Below, one piece after another: positions 45,233-56,823 of a stretch of 64,000 bases of DNA. The notes beneath the pieces are model-generated. The model did not search any database. It saw nothing but the letters and a program-made list of their open reading frames with translations, and had not been told where the DNA came from. Position numbers and translations under genes: made by a program. This DNA comes from an uncultured Myxococcales bacterium (GTDB taxonomy: Bacteria > Myxococcota > B64-G9). The stretch's first letter is position 1. Each line of letters starts with the position of its first letter. The stretch covers positions 14,403 through 78,402 of the forward strand of contig CAZENH010000002.1 of the NCBI GenBank assembly GCA_964513625.1, given 5' to 3'.

Positions 45233-48193
45233 TCATTTTGGATCGGCGCAACACCTGAAGCCCAGGTCGTCGCGCCGGGTTCCGGGCGAGGCGCTTGAGC
45301 GGCTGGCACACCTTGTTGCCCAGTTGGGGCGCGTGGCCGAACCTCCCTTGTAGGTGCGGGCGCCTGCACCTGGGGAATATGGTGTGGCAGTCCACTCGCT
45401 GACGTTTCCACTCATGTCGAAGACGCCAAAAGGGCTCCTGCAGCGCGGAAAACCGCCGCAGTTACCGATTGTGCGATCTTCTCCGGAAGCTTTCTCGGTG
45501 TTACAGCCGTCCGGATTCCACTTGTTGCCATACGGGAAACGACGATTGGTCTTTCCCTTGCAGGCATATTCCCATTCGAGCTCGCTACACAGGCGTTTTC
45601 CACGTTTACGGCACAACTTGTTAGCCTGATTCCATGAAACCCCTACTGTTGGCTTCCTTCCGGGGCCGTTGGGGAACTCGTATCGGTCTATGCAAAAAGA
45701 TTTGCTTTGTACCGTATGTAACTTGGATTCTCCGAAGTTGCGCATCGGATCGTTAGTTGCGCTACCGATGTACGACGTGCCGCCCTGAACGAAAACCATT
45801 CCCGGCCGACATTTTCCTTTTGCCGCAGGCGCAGTCTCGATGGCCGCAACCACTTTCTCTTTGGCAGGATGCGGTATTTCGGCAGGCGCTTGTTTGCTGC
45901 CGCCGACCTCGGGCACTTCCTCCACCTTGGGCATACTGGCGCTCGCCTTTTTCCGGGCCTCGGCCAGCTTGCGGGCCTTCTCCTGCTTGCGCGCTTCTTC
46001 CTCCCGGCGCTTTCTCTCGGCTTCTTGTCGGGCGAACTCAGCGCGCCTCTCCGCGGCCGCTTTCTGGCGATCGACCTTTTTCGATGCAGCCTTTGCCTTG
46101 TGCGGTGACACGAGTTTCTTTTTCTGAATCTCTTTTTTACGCGCTGCCTCGGCAGCGGCAATCTTAGCTTCATTTTCCTTGCGGGCAAGTTCTGCCTTCT
46201 TCTTGTCCTCTTCCGCTTTTCTCTTTTCCCGGGCAAGTTGTTCGGCGGCAGCGCTGGAAACCACCGCCGTCTTCTCCGTCTCTACCGGTTTAGGCAGCGT
46301 TTTCTCCACGGGCACCGTTTTTTCCGGTTGTCTGCCCGCCGACGGCGAAGCTGTTTGATTGCCGTTCACGTCGGCAACAACCGGCCCCGAGGGAACGCCC
46401 GCCCGGGCCGGAAGGGTTTTTCCAGCGACCGCCAAATGCGCCTGGGCACGAGCCAACTCCGTCTGCGCCCTGAGGTAATCAACCAGAAAATACACGCCAA
46501 CGCCGACTATCAAAAGTAAAACAGTCAAAAATATATAGGTAGGTGCCCTGGTCGGTCGCGGCATCGGCGGTTGAGAAACAAACGATGGTGGAAACGGGGG
46601 TTGGCTGAACGATCCGTATGACTGGACAGCTGGAGTTGGCACAATGGGCCGGGACGGCGGAACCGAACGCCCGGGGCGCGGAGGCTGAGACATTCCGGGT
46701 CGATTTAGAATTTTGACCTTGCCGGATTCACCTTCTTCCATTTTCTCTGCCGGAACTTCTCGTGCACCGGGTTCTAACAGATCTCCGGCCATGCCTACCG
46801 GACGGGCAACCCGCAGCTCGGAATTGGGTGCCAGCGAAGGATGCGGAGGTGTACTGGCAACCAGAGTTTCACCCTCGTCCAACTCATCTTCAACGTCGTC
46901 GACGAAATCCCCTTCAAAATCGTCATCCATGAACTCATCCGGCTCATCGAGAGGTTGTGGTTCGGCCGCGATATCCTCAATCAAATCATCATCGCTGACC
47001 GTTTCGACAGCATCTACCGGGGAATCCATCTGGGCTGCGAGTTCTTCATCCGGCATAGTCTCGGCATTGACCACCGTTGGAGGGTAATTATCGTTATCCT
47101 CCAAACCTGAAGAGACGCCCTTATGGGAGGTGCTTTTCTCAGAAACCGGGCCATCTTTCTTTTTGGCCTTGCGCGAGGGAGCCGGCCGGGGAGGGACACT
47201 TTGGGCTTGTTTTCGCGCCGGACCGCTGCCGGCGGTGTGCAGATCTTCGAAAAAGTCACGAGCACTACGGTGGCGCCTGGAGGGATTCTCGTTCAGTGCC
47301 TTGACAAGAATGGCCTGCCAGATTTCCTGTCCCTCGGCAAGCTTAGGTAAGCCCGAGGATGGCCCCGCGTACCTTTCTCCAGTCAGCATCTCGCACAGGA
47401 TCACTCCCAGAGAGTATATGTCTGCAGAAGGGACTGCCTCGTTCTCGCCGTCCCGTAACTCCGGCGCCAGGTAGTCGAATCCGCCCTGGTTAGTTTTAAG
47501 CGCAGCCAGAAAAGGCTTGCGGGGCAAGGCGCCAATCAGACCGAAATCTGTAACCTTCAACATGTCCGGCAACACAATCACATTTTCGGGTTTCAGGTTT
47601 CCATGGGCCATGGACTCGTGAGATCGATCTAAAGCTTGGCAAATATGCGAGAAGATGGGCTCCATTTCGCCTTTAGTGAAATGCTGTTTCTTCTCGTTAC
47701 GCAGCCTGACTATCTTGCGCAGGCTGAGACCCTCGAGCAGTTGCATGGTGAAGAAAATAGAATCGCCGTCCTGGTCTTCATCGTAGATACGCACGACATT
47801 GGGGTGGTTTATCTTGCGCGTAGCGCGAATCTCGGAAAGGAAACGCTTGCGCTCATCTCGAGTCTGGAGCAGCTTTCCATGAATCACTTTTAAAGCAACG
47901 TCGACTTCTATCTCTAGATCGTGCGCCCGATAGACGGTTCCCGTCGGTCCCGCTCCGAGTACGGCGCGTATTTCGTAGCGTTCCGCGAGTCGGCTGCCTA
48001 TCTCCAGGTCGTTCTTGGCAGCACCGTTTACGCTCCCGGCCGTTAGGTTGATTTCACCGGCCGATTCGATTTTGACGTGATCTTTCTGGGAGTCGACGAA
48101 CTTCTGACCACACTGGCTACAAAACTCGCTCCCGTCGGGATTGTGACTTCCACAACGAAAACAAAGCACTTTGCACTCCCGGGCTAAAGACAA
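45233..48193 (-). CDS. Ser/Thr protein kinase with N-terminal zinc-ribbon, long Pro/charged linker and C-terminal FGE-sulfatase (SUMF1-like) domain
   Basis: CFRCGSHNPDGSEFCSQCG ribbon. Kinase motifs. TM segment IFLTVLLLIVGVGVYFLV. C-terminal FGE-domain signatures (…GVSWNQANKLCRKRGKRLCSELEWEYAC…MSGNVSEWT…GFRCC). Confidence 0.8.
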   Translation of the reverse strand: MSLARECKVLCFRCGSHNPDGSEFCSQCGQKFVDSQKDHVKIESAGEINLTAGSVNGAAKNDLEIGSRLAERYEIRAVLGAGPTGTVYRAHDLEIEVDVALKVIHGKLLQTRDERKRFLSEIRATRKINHPNVVRIYDEDQDGDSIFFTMQLLEGLSLRKIVRLRNEKKQHFTKGEMEPIFSHICQALDRSHESMAHGNLKPENVIVLPDMLKVTDFGLIGALPRKPFLAALKTNQGGFDYLAPELRDGENEAVPSADIYSLGVILCEMLTGERYAGPSSGLPKLAEGQEIWQAILVKALNENPSRRHRSARDFFEDLHTAGSGPARKQAQSVPPRPAPSRKAKKKDGPVSEKSTSHKGVSSGLEDNDNYPPTVVNAETMPDEELAAQMDSPVDAVETVSDDDLIEDIAAEPQPLDEPDEFMDDDFEGDFVDDVEDELDEGETLVASTPPHPSLAPNSELRVARPVGMAGDLLEPGAREVPAEKMEEGESGKVKILNRPGMSQPPRPGRSVPPSRPIVPTPAVQSYGSFSQPPFPPSFVSQPPMPRPTRAPTYIFLTVLLLIVGVGVYFLVDYLRAQTELARAQAHLAVAGKTLPARAGVPSGPVVADVNGNQTASPSAGRQPEKTVPVEKTLPKPVETEKTAVVSSAAAEQLAREKRKAEEDKKKAELARKENEAKIAAAEAARKKEIQKKKLVSPHKAKAASKKVDRQKAAAERRAEFARQEAERKRREEEARKQEKARKLAEARKKASASMPKVEEVPEVGGSKQAPAEIPHPAKEKVVAAIETAPAAKGKCRPGMVFVQGGTSYIGSATNDPMRNFGESKLHTVQSKSFCIDRYEFPNGPGRKPTVGVSWNQANKLCRKRGKRLCSELEWEYACKGKTNRRFPYGNKWNPDGCNTEKASGEDRTIGNCGGFPRCRSPFGVFDMSGNVSEWTATPYSPGAGARTYKGGSATRPNWATRCASRSSASPGTRRDDLGFRCCADPK

Positions 48194-48277
48194 AAGCTAT
48201 TATGTATCTGAAACTCCTTGATAATCGGCCGTATCATAATTCGAGACGTTCGACAAGGTCTTTTTGGTTCATTATTG

Positions 48278-48739
48278 TCAGCTACCCGTATGTCCGAACC
48301 CGCCGTCGCCTCTGACGGAAGGGGGAAGGCTTTTGGCCTCTTGCCAGATTACCTTAGTGATTCTTGAAAACACCAACTGAGCGATGCGCATCCCACGCTC
48401 GATGGTAAAGGCTACCCGACTCAAGTTCGCCAAAATCACGCCAATCTCACCGCGATAGTCTGAGTCGATGGTCCCGGGAGTGTTGAGGACGATAAGACCG
48501 TTGTGCAACGCCAGCCCGCTACGGGGACGTACCTGGGCTTCGAAGCCGATTGGAATAGCCACGCTCAATCCGGTCGGAACCAGTTTCCAGTCTCCGGGAG
48601 GGATCGTCAGCGGCTCGCCGACAGCAGCCCTGAGATCCATCCCGGCGGAGCCCTGGGTCTGGTAGGAGGGCAGGGGAAGGTCGCCAGAGTGCGAAAGGCG
48701 CACTACTTCGACCGTAATCTTGTCGGGAGTATCACCCAC
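48278..48739 (-). CDS. dut: dUTP diphosphatase
   Basis: Motifs GSAGMDLRA, RSGLAL and GTIDSDYRGEIGVIL. Confidence 0.9.
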   Translation of the reverse strand: MGDTPDKITVEVVRLSHSGDLPLPSYQTQGSAGMDLRAAVGEPLTIPPGDWKLVPTGLSVAIPIGFEAQVRPRSGLALHNGLIVLNTPGTIDSDYRGEIGVILANLSRVAFTIERGMRIAQLVFSRITKVIWQEAKSLPPSVRGDGGFGHTGS

Positions 48740-48745
48740 TTTAAG

Positions 48746-50842
48746 CTATTCAAGTTTCTGGCCCAGGGCTTCCTTTCGGGAGAGCCTGATCTTGCCCTGG
48801 CGATCGATCCCGACCACCTTGACCAGCACCTCGTCTCCTTCCCTGAGGACATCGGTGACTTTCTCCACCCGCTTGTCCGACAGCTCACTGATGTGCAGCA
48901 GGCCGTCGGTGCCCGGGATTATCTCGCAAAAAGCGCCAAAGTCGGTAATCTTCCTGACCGTCCCCATGTACAGCTTGCCGACCTCGGCCTCCTGGGTCAG
49001 TTCTTTTACCATATCGATGGCCTGTTGGGCGCAGTCGGGGTCGGTCGAGCCGATGTGAATGCTGCCGTCATCCTCGATGTCGATCGAGCATCCGGTCTTA
49101 GCGATGATCTCCTTGACAACCCTGCCACCGGGGCCGATCACGTCCTTGATACGCTCCGGCTTGACCTTGATAGTAATGATTCTGGGAGCGTAAGGACTGA
49201 GATCGGAGCGCGGATCCGAGATGGCCTTTTTCATCTCTCCCAGGATATGCAGACGGCCATCCCTGGCCTGGGCCAGAGCCCGCTCCAGAACATCGCTGTT
49301 CACACCCAGGATCTTGATATCCATCTGGACCGCGGTAATTCCCTTCTCCGACCCCGCGACCTTGAAGTCCATGTCACCAAGGTGATCCTCATCGCCCAAA
49401 ATGTCGGTCAAGACATGAAATTCTGAGCCTTCTTTCATCAAGCCCATGGCGACTCCGGCGATGGGAGCCAAGGTGCTGACACCCGCGTCCATCATCGACA
49501 GGCTGCCTCCGCAGACGGTGGCCATCGACGACGAGCCGTTGGACTCGGTAATCTCTGATACGATTCGAATTGTGTACGAAAAGTCTTCGTGCTTTGGCAG
49601 CACCTTGCTAAGGGCTCTCTCGGCCAGTTTACCGTGGCCGATCTCCCGGCGTCCAGGACCGCGCAGGAATTTGACCTCAGCGGTGGAGAAGGGCGGAAAG
49701 TTGTAGTGCAGCATGAACTGACGCTTGAAATCACCCTCGAGGTTCTCGACCAACTGCTCGTCGCGCGAGGTTCCCAGAGTCGTGGTCACGATGGCCTGGG
49801 TCTCGCCGCGAGTGAAGAGTGCCGATCCATGGGCACGCGGCAGGAAGCCCAACTCGATGCTGATCGGACGAACCTCTGCCAATCCGCGTCCGTCCAGTCG
49901 GCGGCCCTCACGGGTAGCGTATCCACGCACGATCGTCTTCTTCATCTCGTCGAGAGTCTCGGAAACATCCAGTTCGAGGCTTTCCTGGTCGGGATACTTT
50001 TCGGCCATGAGCTTCAGGATATCGTCCTTGACAACTCGCAAGGCAGCGTAGCGCGGCAACTTCTCTTTCTCGGCCAGCGCTAAAGAGAGTGGTTCTTTTG
50101 CGACTTTCTGCACTTCGGTGCGAATATCCTCATTGATGGCGTGCGGCGTGAAAATACGTTTTGTCTTGCCGACCTCTTTCATAAGCTCTTGCTGCAGGGC
50201 GATAATCGGTTGGCACTGGTCTTTGGCGAACATCAGGGCCGCAACCAGGTCGCTCTCTGAAATCTCCGATGCCTCTCCCTCTACCATGGTTATGGCTTCC
50301 TGCGATGCCGTCACGACGATGTCCATGTCGCTCGATTCGAGCTGCTGGAAAGTCGGGTTGATCACCAGTTGTCCCTCGACCCGGCCTACCCGCACGGTGG
50401 CCAGCGGACCAGCAAAAGGAATGTCCGAGATCGACAGGGCCACGGATGCTCCGGTGGCCGTGATGACGTCGGGCGCATTCAGCGGATCCGCCGACAAGGG
50501 CAACCCGATGACCTGGGTTTCAAAATTGAAGCCCTTTGGAAAAAGCGGGCGGATCGAACGATCGATGATCCGACAGGTCAGGATGTCGTTCTCCGATGGG
50601 CGCCCTTCGCGCTTGAAGAAGCCACCGGGGATTTTTCCGGCGGCATAGGTCTTCTCGCGGTAGTCCACCGTCAGCGGAAGAAACGGCAAGTCCCTGGGTT
50701 TCTTGTCCGAGACGGCAGTGACGAGGACTACTGTCTCGCCATAGCGAATCACGCAAGCCCCGTCAGCCTGTTTGGCGATCTTGCCTGTTTCGATGATCAG
50801 ATCTTTGTCGCCCAGACGAATGCTGTTTTGAGTTGTTGTCAT
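48746..50842 (-). CDS. pnp: Polyribonucleotide nucleotidyltransferase (PNPase)
   Basis: Two RNase PH domains plus KH and S1 domains. Start taken at [29 protein letters not shown]. Confidence 0.95.
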   Translation of the reverse strand: MTTTQNSIRLGDKDLIIETGKIAKQADGACVIRYGETVVLVTAVSDKKPRDLPFLPLTVDYREKTYAAGKIPGGFFKREGRPSENDILTCRIIDRSIRPLFPKGFNFETQVIGLPLSADPLNAPDVITATGASVALSISDIPFAGPLATVRVGRVEGQLVINPTFQQLESSDMDIVVTASQEAITMVEGEASEISESDLVAALMFAKDQCQPIIALQQELMKEVGKTKRIFTPHAINEDIRTEVQKVAKEPLSLALAEKEKLPRYAALRVVKDDILKLMAEKYPDQESLELDVSETLDEMKKTIVRGYATREGRRLDGRGLAEVRPISIELGFLPRAHGSALFTRGETQAIVTTTLGTSRDEQLVENLEGDFKRQFMLHYNFPPFSTAEVKFLRGPGRREIGHGKLAERALSKVLPKHEDFSYTIRIVSEITESNGSSSMATVCGGSLSMMDAGVSTLAPIAGVAMGLMKEGSEFHVLTDILGDEDHLGDMDFKVAGSEKGITAVQMDIKILGVNSDVLERALAQARDGRLHILGEMKKAISDPRSDLSPYAPRIITIKVKPERIKDVIGPGGRVVKEIIAKTGCSIDIEDDGSIHIGSTDPDCAQQAIDMVKELTQEAEVGKLYMGTVRKITDFGAFCEIIPGTDGLLHISELSDKRVEKVTDVLREGDEVLVKVVGIDRQGKIRLSRKEALGQKLE

Positions 50843-51098
50843 GTTTGTCCTTTCGTAGTTCTTTGGTGAATGTGCTTCACCCGTTTGACGAGCCATTATG
50901 CCCGCGTTCGAGAACCACCAGACAGGACAATTTTCGGGGAAGTAAATGTCCAGGCAGGATGCAATCAGTCCTACATCTCCATACTCGAAATTTTCGAGAG
51001 TGGAGATTTAGAACCAATGGCGGCCTGCCCGACCACCAACCCAACCGTCACCTGTCGTGTCGGGTGGATACCAATTTTTTTTTCTACCGCAGATCTTG

Positions 51099-51368
51099 CT
51101 ACTTACGCAGTCCCAAAGCTGCGACTATCGAGCGGTAGCGCTGCACGTCTCCTTTTTTCAGGTAATCCAACAATCTCCTGCGCCGGCTGACCAGCTTCAA
51201 CAAGCCGCGCCGGGAGTGGTGATCTTTCATGTGAATCTTGAAGTGCTCGGTCAAGTGCAGAATGCGATGAGTCATCAGTGCAATCTGCACTTCTGGCGAG
51301 CCGGTGTCACCCTCGTGGAGTTTATACTTCGAAATGATCTCTACTTTCTGATCGGACGGAGTAGGCAT
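51099..51368 (-). CDS. rpsO: 30S ribosomal protein S15
   Basis: 89-aa [15 protein letters not shown]…GLRK. AGGAGG RBS upstream of ATG 51368. Confidence 0.95.
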   Translation of the reverse strand: MPTPSDQKVEIISKYKLHEGDTGSPEVQIALMTHRILHLTEHFKIHMKDHHSRRGLLKLVSRRRRLLDYLKKGDVQRYRSIVAALGLRK

Positions 51369-51457
51369 GGCCAACCTCCTTACATGCGCGGCAGGGGGCC
51401 AAGACCCCGCAGCGTGAAAGTTAACGGCGGCAACCCTACGTGTATCAATGTGGAAAG

Positions 51458-52399
51458 TCAAACTAATATTTTAGGGCGCAGCTGGCGGAGTATCTTCATG
51501 CCGGCAGGCTTGCCGGCTGCATCTATTTCTACAGATGCTAAAATCACCGGTGAGCCTCCCGGCGCAATGAAGCATATTTTGTTATCACCCCGAAAAGAAG
51601 AGGGAATTAGCTTTGCAAGGTCTTTTGCTCCCAGGCATTGCCCCTGGGCCAGGCGCTCAGCCTGCTGAGCCTGTGTATCGACCCTTACAAAGCGACACAG
51701 GACCTCGTCAAGCGTTATGATCGCCTGACTAAGGCCTTCGGCTCGCAACTCGTCGAGCTTATGGGCGTCGGCAAGCTCGAACGTGCCGCTTCTCGTCCTG
51801 GTCAGCTCGGCCAGGTGTCCTAGCGTGCCTAGTTCCACGGCAATGTCGCTTGCCAGGCTTCTGATGTAGGTTCCTGACGAACAATCCACCAGTAGCTTTA
51901 GCCAATCGGAACCACGCTCTATCAGCTCCAGCCGGTATATACGTACCCTGCGTTCGTTGCGCTTGACTTCCTTTCCCTCCCTGGCCAACTCGTAAAGACG
52001 CCGGCCCTGGTGGTGCACGGCCGAGAACATCGGCGGCAGCTGTTGGATCTGGCCCTCGAATTTTTTCAAGGCCTGGCGTAACTCGTCGTCTTCTATTCGG
52101 GGAACAGCCGAGCTGGAAACAACTTTTCCTTCGGCATCCAGGGTGTCGGTGGCAGTGCCCAGGCTGACTTTGGCAAGGTAACTCTTGCCCTCAGCGCTCA
52201 GGAAGCGACTCAACTTGGTCGCCTCGCCGATTACCAGCGGCAACAGGCCCTCGGCCATCGGATCCAGTGTTCCGGTATGGCCGATTTTAAGCGGATGCAC
52301 CCAGGCCTTGATCTTCTTGACCACATCAAAAGAGGTCATGCCCCGCGGCTTGTCTACCAGCAGGGCACCATCGAGAGCTCGAGGTCGATTTTTCTTCAT
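51458..52399 (-). CDS. truB: tRNA pseudouridine(55) synthase
   Basis: [15 protein letters not shown]…[14 protein letters not shown] catalytic motif. Confidence 0.9.
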   Translation of the reverse strand: MKKNRPRALDGALLVDKPRGMTSFDVVKKIKAWVHPLKIGHTGTLDPMAEGLLPLVIGEATKLSRFLSAEGKSYLAKVSLGTATDTLDAEGKVVSSSAVPRIEDDELRQALKKFEGQIQQLPPMFSAVHHQGRRLYELAREGKEVKRNERRVRIYRLELIERGSDWLKLLVDCSSGTYIRSLASDIAVELGTLGHLAELTRTRSGTFELADAHKLDELRAEGLSQAIITLDEVLCRFVRVDTQAQQAERLAQGQCLGAKDLAKLIPSSFRGDNKICFIAPGGSPVILASVEIDAAGKPAGMKILRQLRPKILV

Positions 52400-53748
52400 T
52401 GGCTGGGTGTTGCGGTACTCAAGTCGCCCAGAGCGACCTCGACCGCGTCATAGACCTGCTGGCTTACCTCGTCGACAGAGCCCTCCAAGGTGCAGCCGGC
52501 AGCGTTGCGGTGCCCGCCGCCGCCAAAGCTGGAGGCTATTTCGGCCACATTGACGCGTCCCCGGGAACGGAAGCTTACCTTGTAACGTCCCTGCTCCGCT
52601 TCCCTGAACTGTATCGCCACCTGGACGCCCTCAATGCTTCGCGGATAATTGATGAAGCCGTCGATCATGTCCATGCTGGCTCCGTGATCGTCGAGCATCG
52701 CTTTGGTGACCAGCACTGAGCCGTAGCGCCCGAGGGGATCGAGCCAGAGGGTTTGCAGCACCTCGGCAAGCAGGCGGATACGCGCGAGTGGCTGGGATTC
52801 GTAAACCTTGACGCTCATCTCCCAGGGCTCGACGCCGGCTTCGACCATCCTGGCAGCAGAGCGCAGGGCTGCGGGCGTAGTATTCGAGTATCTGAATGAG
52901 CCCGTATCGGTCAAGACCGAACAGTAGATGCAATTTGCAATTTCCAAATTGAGCTCAACTGGCAAGGAGGGCAACATGCGGTCGATCATTTCTCCGATCG
53001 AAGAAGCGCCCGGGTCGATGTAAAAAGCTTCGCCTAGCGGACTGGTTGTCAGATGGTGGTCTATGCAGATCAACTTGCCACGCGCCGGCGCCGGGGGTAA
53101 TGGCCCGCAACGATCGAGTTCTCCACAGTCGAGCACCAGCGTGGCGTCATAGGGACCATCTCCAGGATTGGCAACAAAAGCCTGCGAGCCTGGCAAAAAA
53201 GTATACAGGCGTGGAACCGGATCCTCATTATAAGCCACTACCTGCTTTCCCATCGCCAGCAAGATCGAACGCATGGCCAGAACAGAGGCAATAGCGTCGC
53301 CATCGGGATTGAAGTGGCTGGTCACCAGAAATTTCTCGGCCTCTCCAATGGCACGGATGACATCCTCGGCCGAGCCTCGCTGGCGGGAGGGATCATCCCA
53401 ACCCTCCTTATCGCGCACTTCGACCAACAAGCGTTCGATGTTATCCCCACGGTCGAGGCTTTCGTCGTATTTGAAATGAAACTCGGGGATGGTCCTCAGA
53501 TGCAAACGCCTACCGAGAGTCTTGCGGATGAAACCGGCCGAACTTTCCAATCCCTTGAGCGATCGCGAGCGCTCCTGCTCGGTTCCCGGGCAGCTGAAAA
53601 AAACCCAGGCGCTGCCGAGGTCAGGGCTGACTTCGACGCCTGTGATGGTCACGAACCCCAGGCGAGGATCCTTGAGTCCCTTGGTGATCAGGCCGCTGAT
53701 CTCCTCGTGAATCTGCTCGGCCACACGCCGTATGCGAATGCTCTTCAT
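52396..53748 (-). CDS. rbfA: Apparent fusion: ribosome-binding factor A (N-terminal ~115 aa) + DHH/DHHA1 phosphoesterase (NrnA-like)
   Basis: N-terminal RbfA sequence (MKSIRIRRVAEQIHEEISGLI…). Then continuing in the same frame with no stop, DHH motifs (FLVTSHFNPDGDAIASVLA…ICIDHHLTT…GGGHRNAAG). Confidence 0.75.
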   Translation of the reverse strand: MKSIRIRRVAEQIHEEISGLITKGLKDPRLGFVTITGVEVSPDLGSAWVFFSCPGTEQERSRSLKGLESSAGFIRKTLGRRLHLRTIPEFHFKYDESLDRGDNIERLLVEVRDKEGWDDPSRQRGSAEDVIRAIGEAEKFLVTSHFNPDGDAIASVLAMRSILLAMGKQVVAYNEDPVPRLYTFLPGSQAFVANPGDGPYDATLVLDCGELDRCGPLPPAPARGKLICIDHHLTTSPLGEAFYIDPGASSIGEMIDRMLPSLPVELNLEIANCIYCSVLTDTGSFRYSNTTPAALRSAARMVEAGVEPWEMSVKVYESQPLARIRLLAEVLQTLWLDPLGRYGSVLVTKAMLDDHGASMDMIDGFINYPRSIEGVQVAIQFREAEQGRYKVSFRSRGRVNVAEIASSFGGGGHRNAAGCTLEGSVDEVSQQVYDAVEVALGDLSTATPSQ

Positions 53749-53810
53749 TGCGCGGACATCCTAAATGGTTGGTCGGGATTATGTCAAATGTACTGCCAGG
53801 AAACAGGGTT

Positions 53811-54098
53811 TCAAATGTTGATGATCTCCAACTCTCTCTCAACTATCAACGCCGTCCCCAATGAGTCTATGTAGCCGACAGCCCTGTCCAGAACCGAATT
53901 ACAGGTACGCCTGTCGTTACCCACGCAGGCCAAGCCAATCTCGGCCTGGCGATGGTTGTCGTTCAGACCGCACTCGGCAACCGCCAAGGCAAATCGACCG
54001 CGGGTGCGCTCAATTACCTGCTTGATCACCCTACGCTTACCCTTGAGGCTGTCGTTGTCGGGTATTTGTAGTACCAGGCGCACCACACCAACAACCAT
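53811..54098 (-). CDS. DUF503 (YlxP-like) protein
   Basis: 95 aa, MVVGVVRLVLQIPDNDSLKGKRRVIK…. Conserved position between infB and rbfA. Confidence 0.7.
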   Translation of the reverse strand: MVVGVVRLVLQIPDNDSLKGKRRVIKQVIERTRGRFALAVAECGLNDNHRQAEIGLACVGNDRRTCNSVLDRAVGYIDSLGTALIVERELEIINI

Positions 54099-54110
54099 GG
54101 CCGGCCTCCA

Positions 54111-56702
54111 CTACAGGGTCGGTTGCTCCTGCTCGAGGATAAAAGACTCGATCACATCGCCGCGCTTGATGTCGTTGAAGTTCTCAATGCCAATGCCACA
54201 CTCGTAGCCGGATGCGACCTCTCGTACATCCTCTTTGAAGCGTCTCAGACTGCTCATACGACCCTGGTGAACCTCGACACTGTCTCGCAACAAGCGCACC
54301 ATTGAGCCGCGCTGCATCTTCCCGTCAATGACCGAAACGCCGGCCACTGTGCCGATCTTGGGGACGTTGAACAACTCGCGAACTTCTGCCCGCCCGACCG
54401 TCTGCTCCTTGGTGGTCGCCGGCAAAAGACCCGTCTGTGCCTTTCTGATGTCTTGTGTCAGATCATAGATTACCTTGTATACACGAATTTCAAGCTGCTC
54501 TGTCTGAGCCAGCTTCTTGGCGTTGGAATCGGGCCTTACGTTGAAACCGACCAGCACGGCATCCGAGGCCGCGGCCAGGTTGACGTCGGTTTCGTTTATT
54601 GCGCCGACGCCGTGATGAATCACCTTAACTCCCACTTTATCGACCGAGAGCTTTTCAAGTGCTTGCTTGACCGCCTCTGCCGTGCCCTGGACATCAGCCT
54701 TGACGACCACCTTGAGTTCGAGTTTCTCGACACCCTGAAGCTTTTCGTAGAAATCCTCCAGATTCAAACGTGCCGTCTGACCTGACCTGGCCGCCCGTTT
54801 CTCACCTAGACGATGACTAACAAGTTTCTTGGCTTCACGCTCACTAGTGACGACGTTGAAAGGTTCTCCAGCCTCCGGCACCTCGTTGAGACCTTGAATC
54901 TGTACAGGACGCCCAGGAGTGGCCTCCATCATGTCACGTCCCTCGTAGTCGAACATCATGCGTGTCTTACCGAAGGCCGTTCCCATGATTACAACTTCAC
55001 TCCTCTTTAAAGTACCTTGACTGACAAGCAATGTCGCCACCGGGCCACGACCACGATCCAACCTGGCCTCGACAACCGTGCCCTGGGCCGGTTTAGTCGG
55101 GTTGGCCTTGAGCTCAAGCACTTCGGCTTGCAACAGGATGCTCTCGAGTAATGTCTCCAGACCAACCTTCGTCTTGGCTGAGACCTCGACGATAATTGTG
55201 TCGCCGCCCCAGGCTTCGGGCACAAGTTTGTGCTCGGTCAGTTGTTGGCGGATCTTTTCGGTTTGCACTCCGGGAAGATCTATCTTGTTGATGGCCACTA
55301 TGATTGGAACCCCCGCCTCCTGGGCGTGGTGAATAGCCTCGATCGTCTGGGGCATGATACCGTCATCCGCGGCGACAACCAGTACTACGATGTCGGTAAT
55401 ACCTGCTCCGCGGGCACGCATTGCGGTGAACGCCTCGTGACCCGGCGTATCTATGAAAGTTATCGAGCCTTGTGGCAACTTGACTTCGTAGGCACCAATG
55501 TGCTGTGTAATGCCGCCTTCCTCGCCGTCCGTTACCTTTGTCTTGCGGATCGCGTCGAGTATGGAAGTCTTGCCGTGATCAACATGACCCATAACCGTTA
55601 CCACCGGTGGCCTTTCAGCCAGATCCTCGGCGGCATCATCACCGACGGTTTGTAAGATGTTCTCTTCCTTGAAGGTTACATCTTGCACTTCGTAGTCAAA
55701 CTCCTGTGCCAACATCGAAGCCATCTCGAGGTCAAGTTCACTGTCCATCCGCAGGTTGTCGATTTCTTCACCCATATCGCGAAGCTTGCGGTTAACTTCA
55801 GTCAGCTTGACCCCCATACGCCTGGCGAACTCGCTGGTAACTATGCTGTCGGATTCGAGGCGAATGACTCGCTTGAGGGCCTTTGGTGTCGTTAAGGCGG
55901 TCTTCTTGCCAGTCTTGCGTGACATACGCCTTCGCCGAGACCGGCCCGGCAAGTAGGCCGGAGAAAAAGAATCAAAAAGCTGATCGCGTAGATTCGTCTT
56001 GCCCTTGCGTGAAGTAGTGGCCGTTTTCCGGCGACCCTTGTCGCGTTTGGACATGTCGATAAACTGATGGCCACGCCCTTCCTTACCGGGAACAACCTTG
56101 AGAACGCGGATACCGGTCGGCCTGGCCTCGTCGGGTTTTTGATTCTCTACACTTGTCGTTCCCTTTACAATTTTAACCGGTTCGGCGCGCTTGATCACCT
56201 TGGCCGTGTAAAAATCAGATTTGGGACTGGTTTTTTTCTTAGGCACCGGCTTTTTCTGCTCTTGTTCTTTCGCCTCAACGGCCTGCTCCGGCTGTTCGGC
56301 CGAAACAATTTCTTCCTTTTCAGTTGGAGCCTGCTCGGGCTGGGCTTCGGCTTCGGCCTTGGCCTCTTCCTTCGGCGGTTCTTCGACGGGAGGCTTTTTA
56401 AGCTCTTTGGGTTTCTTGGCCTTGGCGGCTTTCTTCTTGTCGGTCTCGGCATCGGGAGCAGGGGCTGGAGCCGCAACCTTTTTCTTGGCCCGCCGCCGGA
56501 TTACACCTGTGCTGATGCGCTTCTCGACGATGTTTGCCTTGTGCTCTTGCTGCAAATTCTCGATAATTTCCGTGGCGACGTTTTCTTCCAGTGAACTGGC
56601 GTGGCTCTTGACGTCGTAGCCCATCTCTTGAAGCTTGGCCACCAGATCCTTGCTCTCGATCTTGAGTTCTTTGGCGATCTCGTACACACGCATCTTCGAC
56701 AT
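54111..56702 (-). CDS. infB: Translation initiation factor IF-2
   Basis: N-terminal [28 protein letters not shown]. GTPase motifs GHVDHGKTS and DTPGHEAF. C-terminal IF2 domains. Confidence 0.95.
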   Translation of the reverse strand: MSKMRVYEIAKELKIESKDLVAKLQEMGYDVKSHASSLEENVATEIIENLQQEHKANIVEKRISTGVIRRRAKKKVAAPAPAPDAETDKKKAAKAKKPKELKKPPVEEPPKEEAKAEAEAQPEQAPTEKEEIVSAEQPEQAVEAKEQEQKKPVPKKKTSPKSDFYTAKVIKRAEPVKIVKGTTSVENQKPDEARPTGIRVLKVVPGKEGRGHQFIDMSKRDKGRRKTATTSRKGKTNLRDQLFDSFSPAYLPGRSRRRRMSRKTGKKTALTTPKALKRVIRLESDSIVTSEFARRMGVKLTEVNRKLRDMGEEIDNLRMDSELDLEMASMLAQEFDYEVQDVTFKEENILQTVGDDAAEDLAERPPVVTVMGHVDHGKTSILDAIRKTKVTDGEEGGITQHIGAYEVKLPQGSITFIDTPGHEAFTAMRARGAGITDIVVLVVAADDGIMPQTIEAIHHAQEAGVPIIVAINKIDLPGVQTEKIRQQLTEHKLVPEAWGGDTIIVEVSAKTKVGLETLLESILLQAEVLELKANPTKPAQGTVVEARLDRGRGPVATLLVSQGTLKRSEVVIMGTAFGKTRMMFDYEGRDMMEATPGRPVQIQGLNEVPEAGEPFNVVTSEREAKKLVSHRLGEKRAARSGQTARLNLEDFYEKLQGVEKLELKVVVKADVQGTAEAVKQALEKLSVDKVGVKVIHHGVGAINETDVNLAAASDAVLVGFNVRPDSNAKKLAQTEQLEIRVYKVIYDLTQDIRKAQTGLLPATTKEQTVGRAEVRELFNVPKIGTVAGVSVIDGKMQRGSMVRLLRDSVEVHQGRMSSLRRFKEDVREVASGYECGIGIENFNDIKRGDVIESFILEQEQPTL

Positions 56703-56823
56703 TAAAGCACCTGCCTCAAGACCGGCGACCGCTGCCGCCGGTGTGATGTGCCCGCATCTTCCCGCGGACTGAGTTTGCTGTCAACTAGCGCCCAATTTCT
56801 AAAGATCATTTTATAGATCCTCG

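Noticed and set aside
50897-51098. Palindrome plus poly-T/A tract between rpsO and pnp as an intrinsic terminator or RNase III site
   Set aside because: The run of nine A residues follows only the AGATCT palindrome on the transcribed strand, and no stable GC hairpin precedes a U-tract. A pnp leader structure cannot be confirmed by eye.
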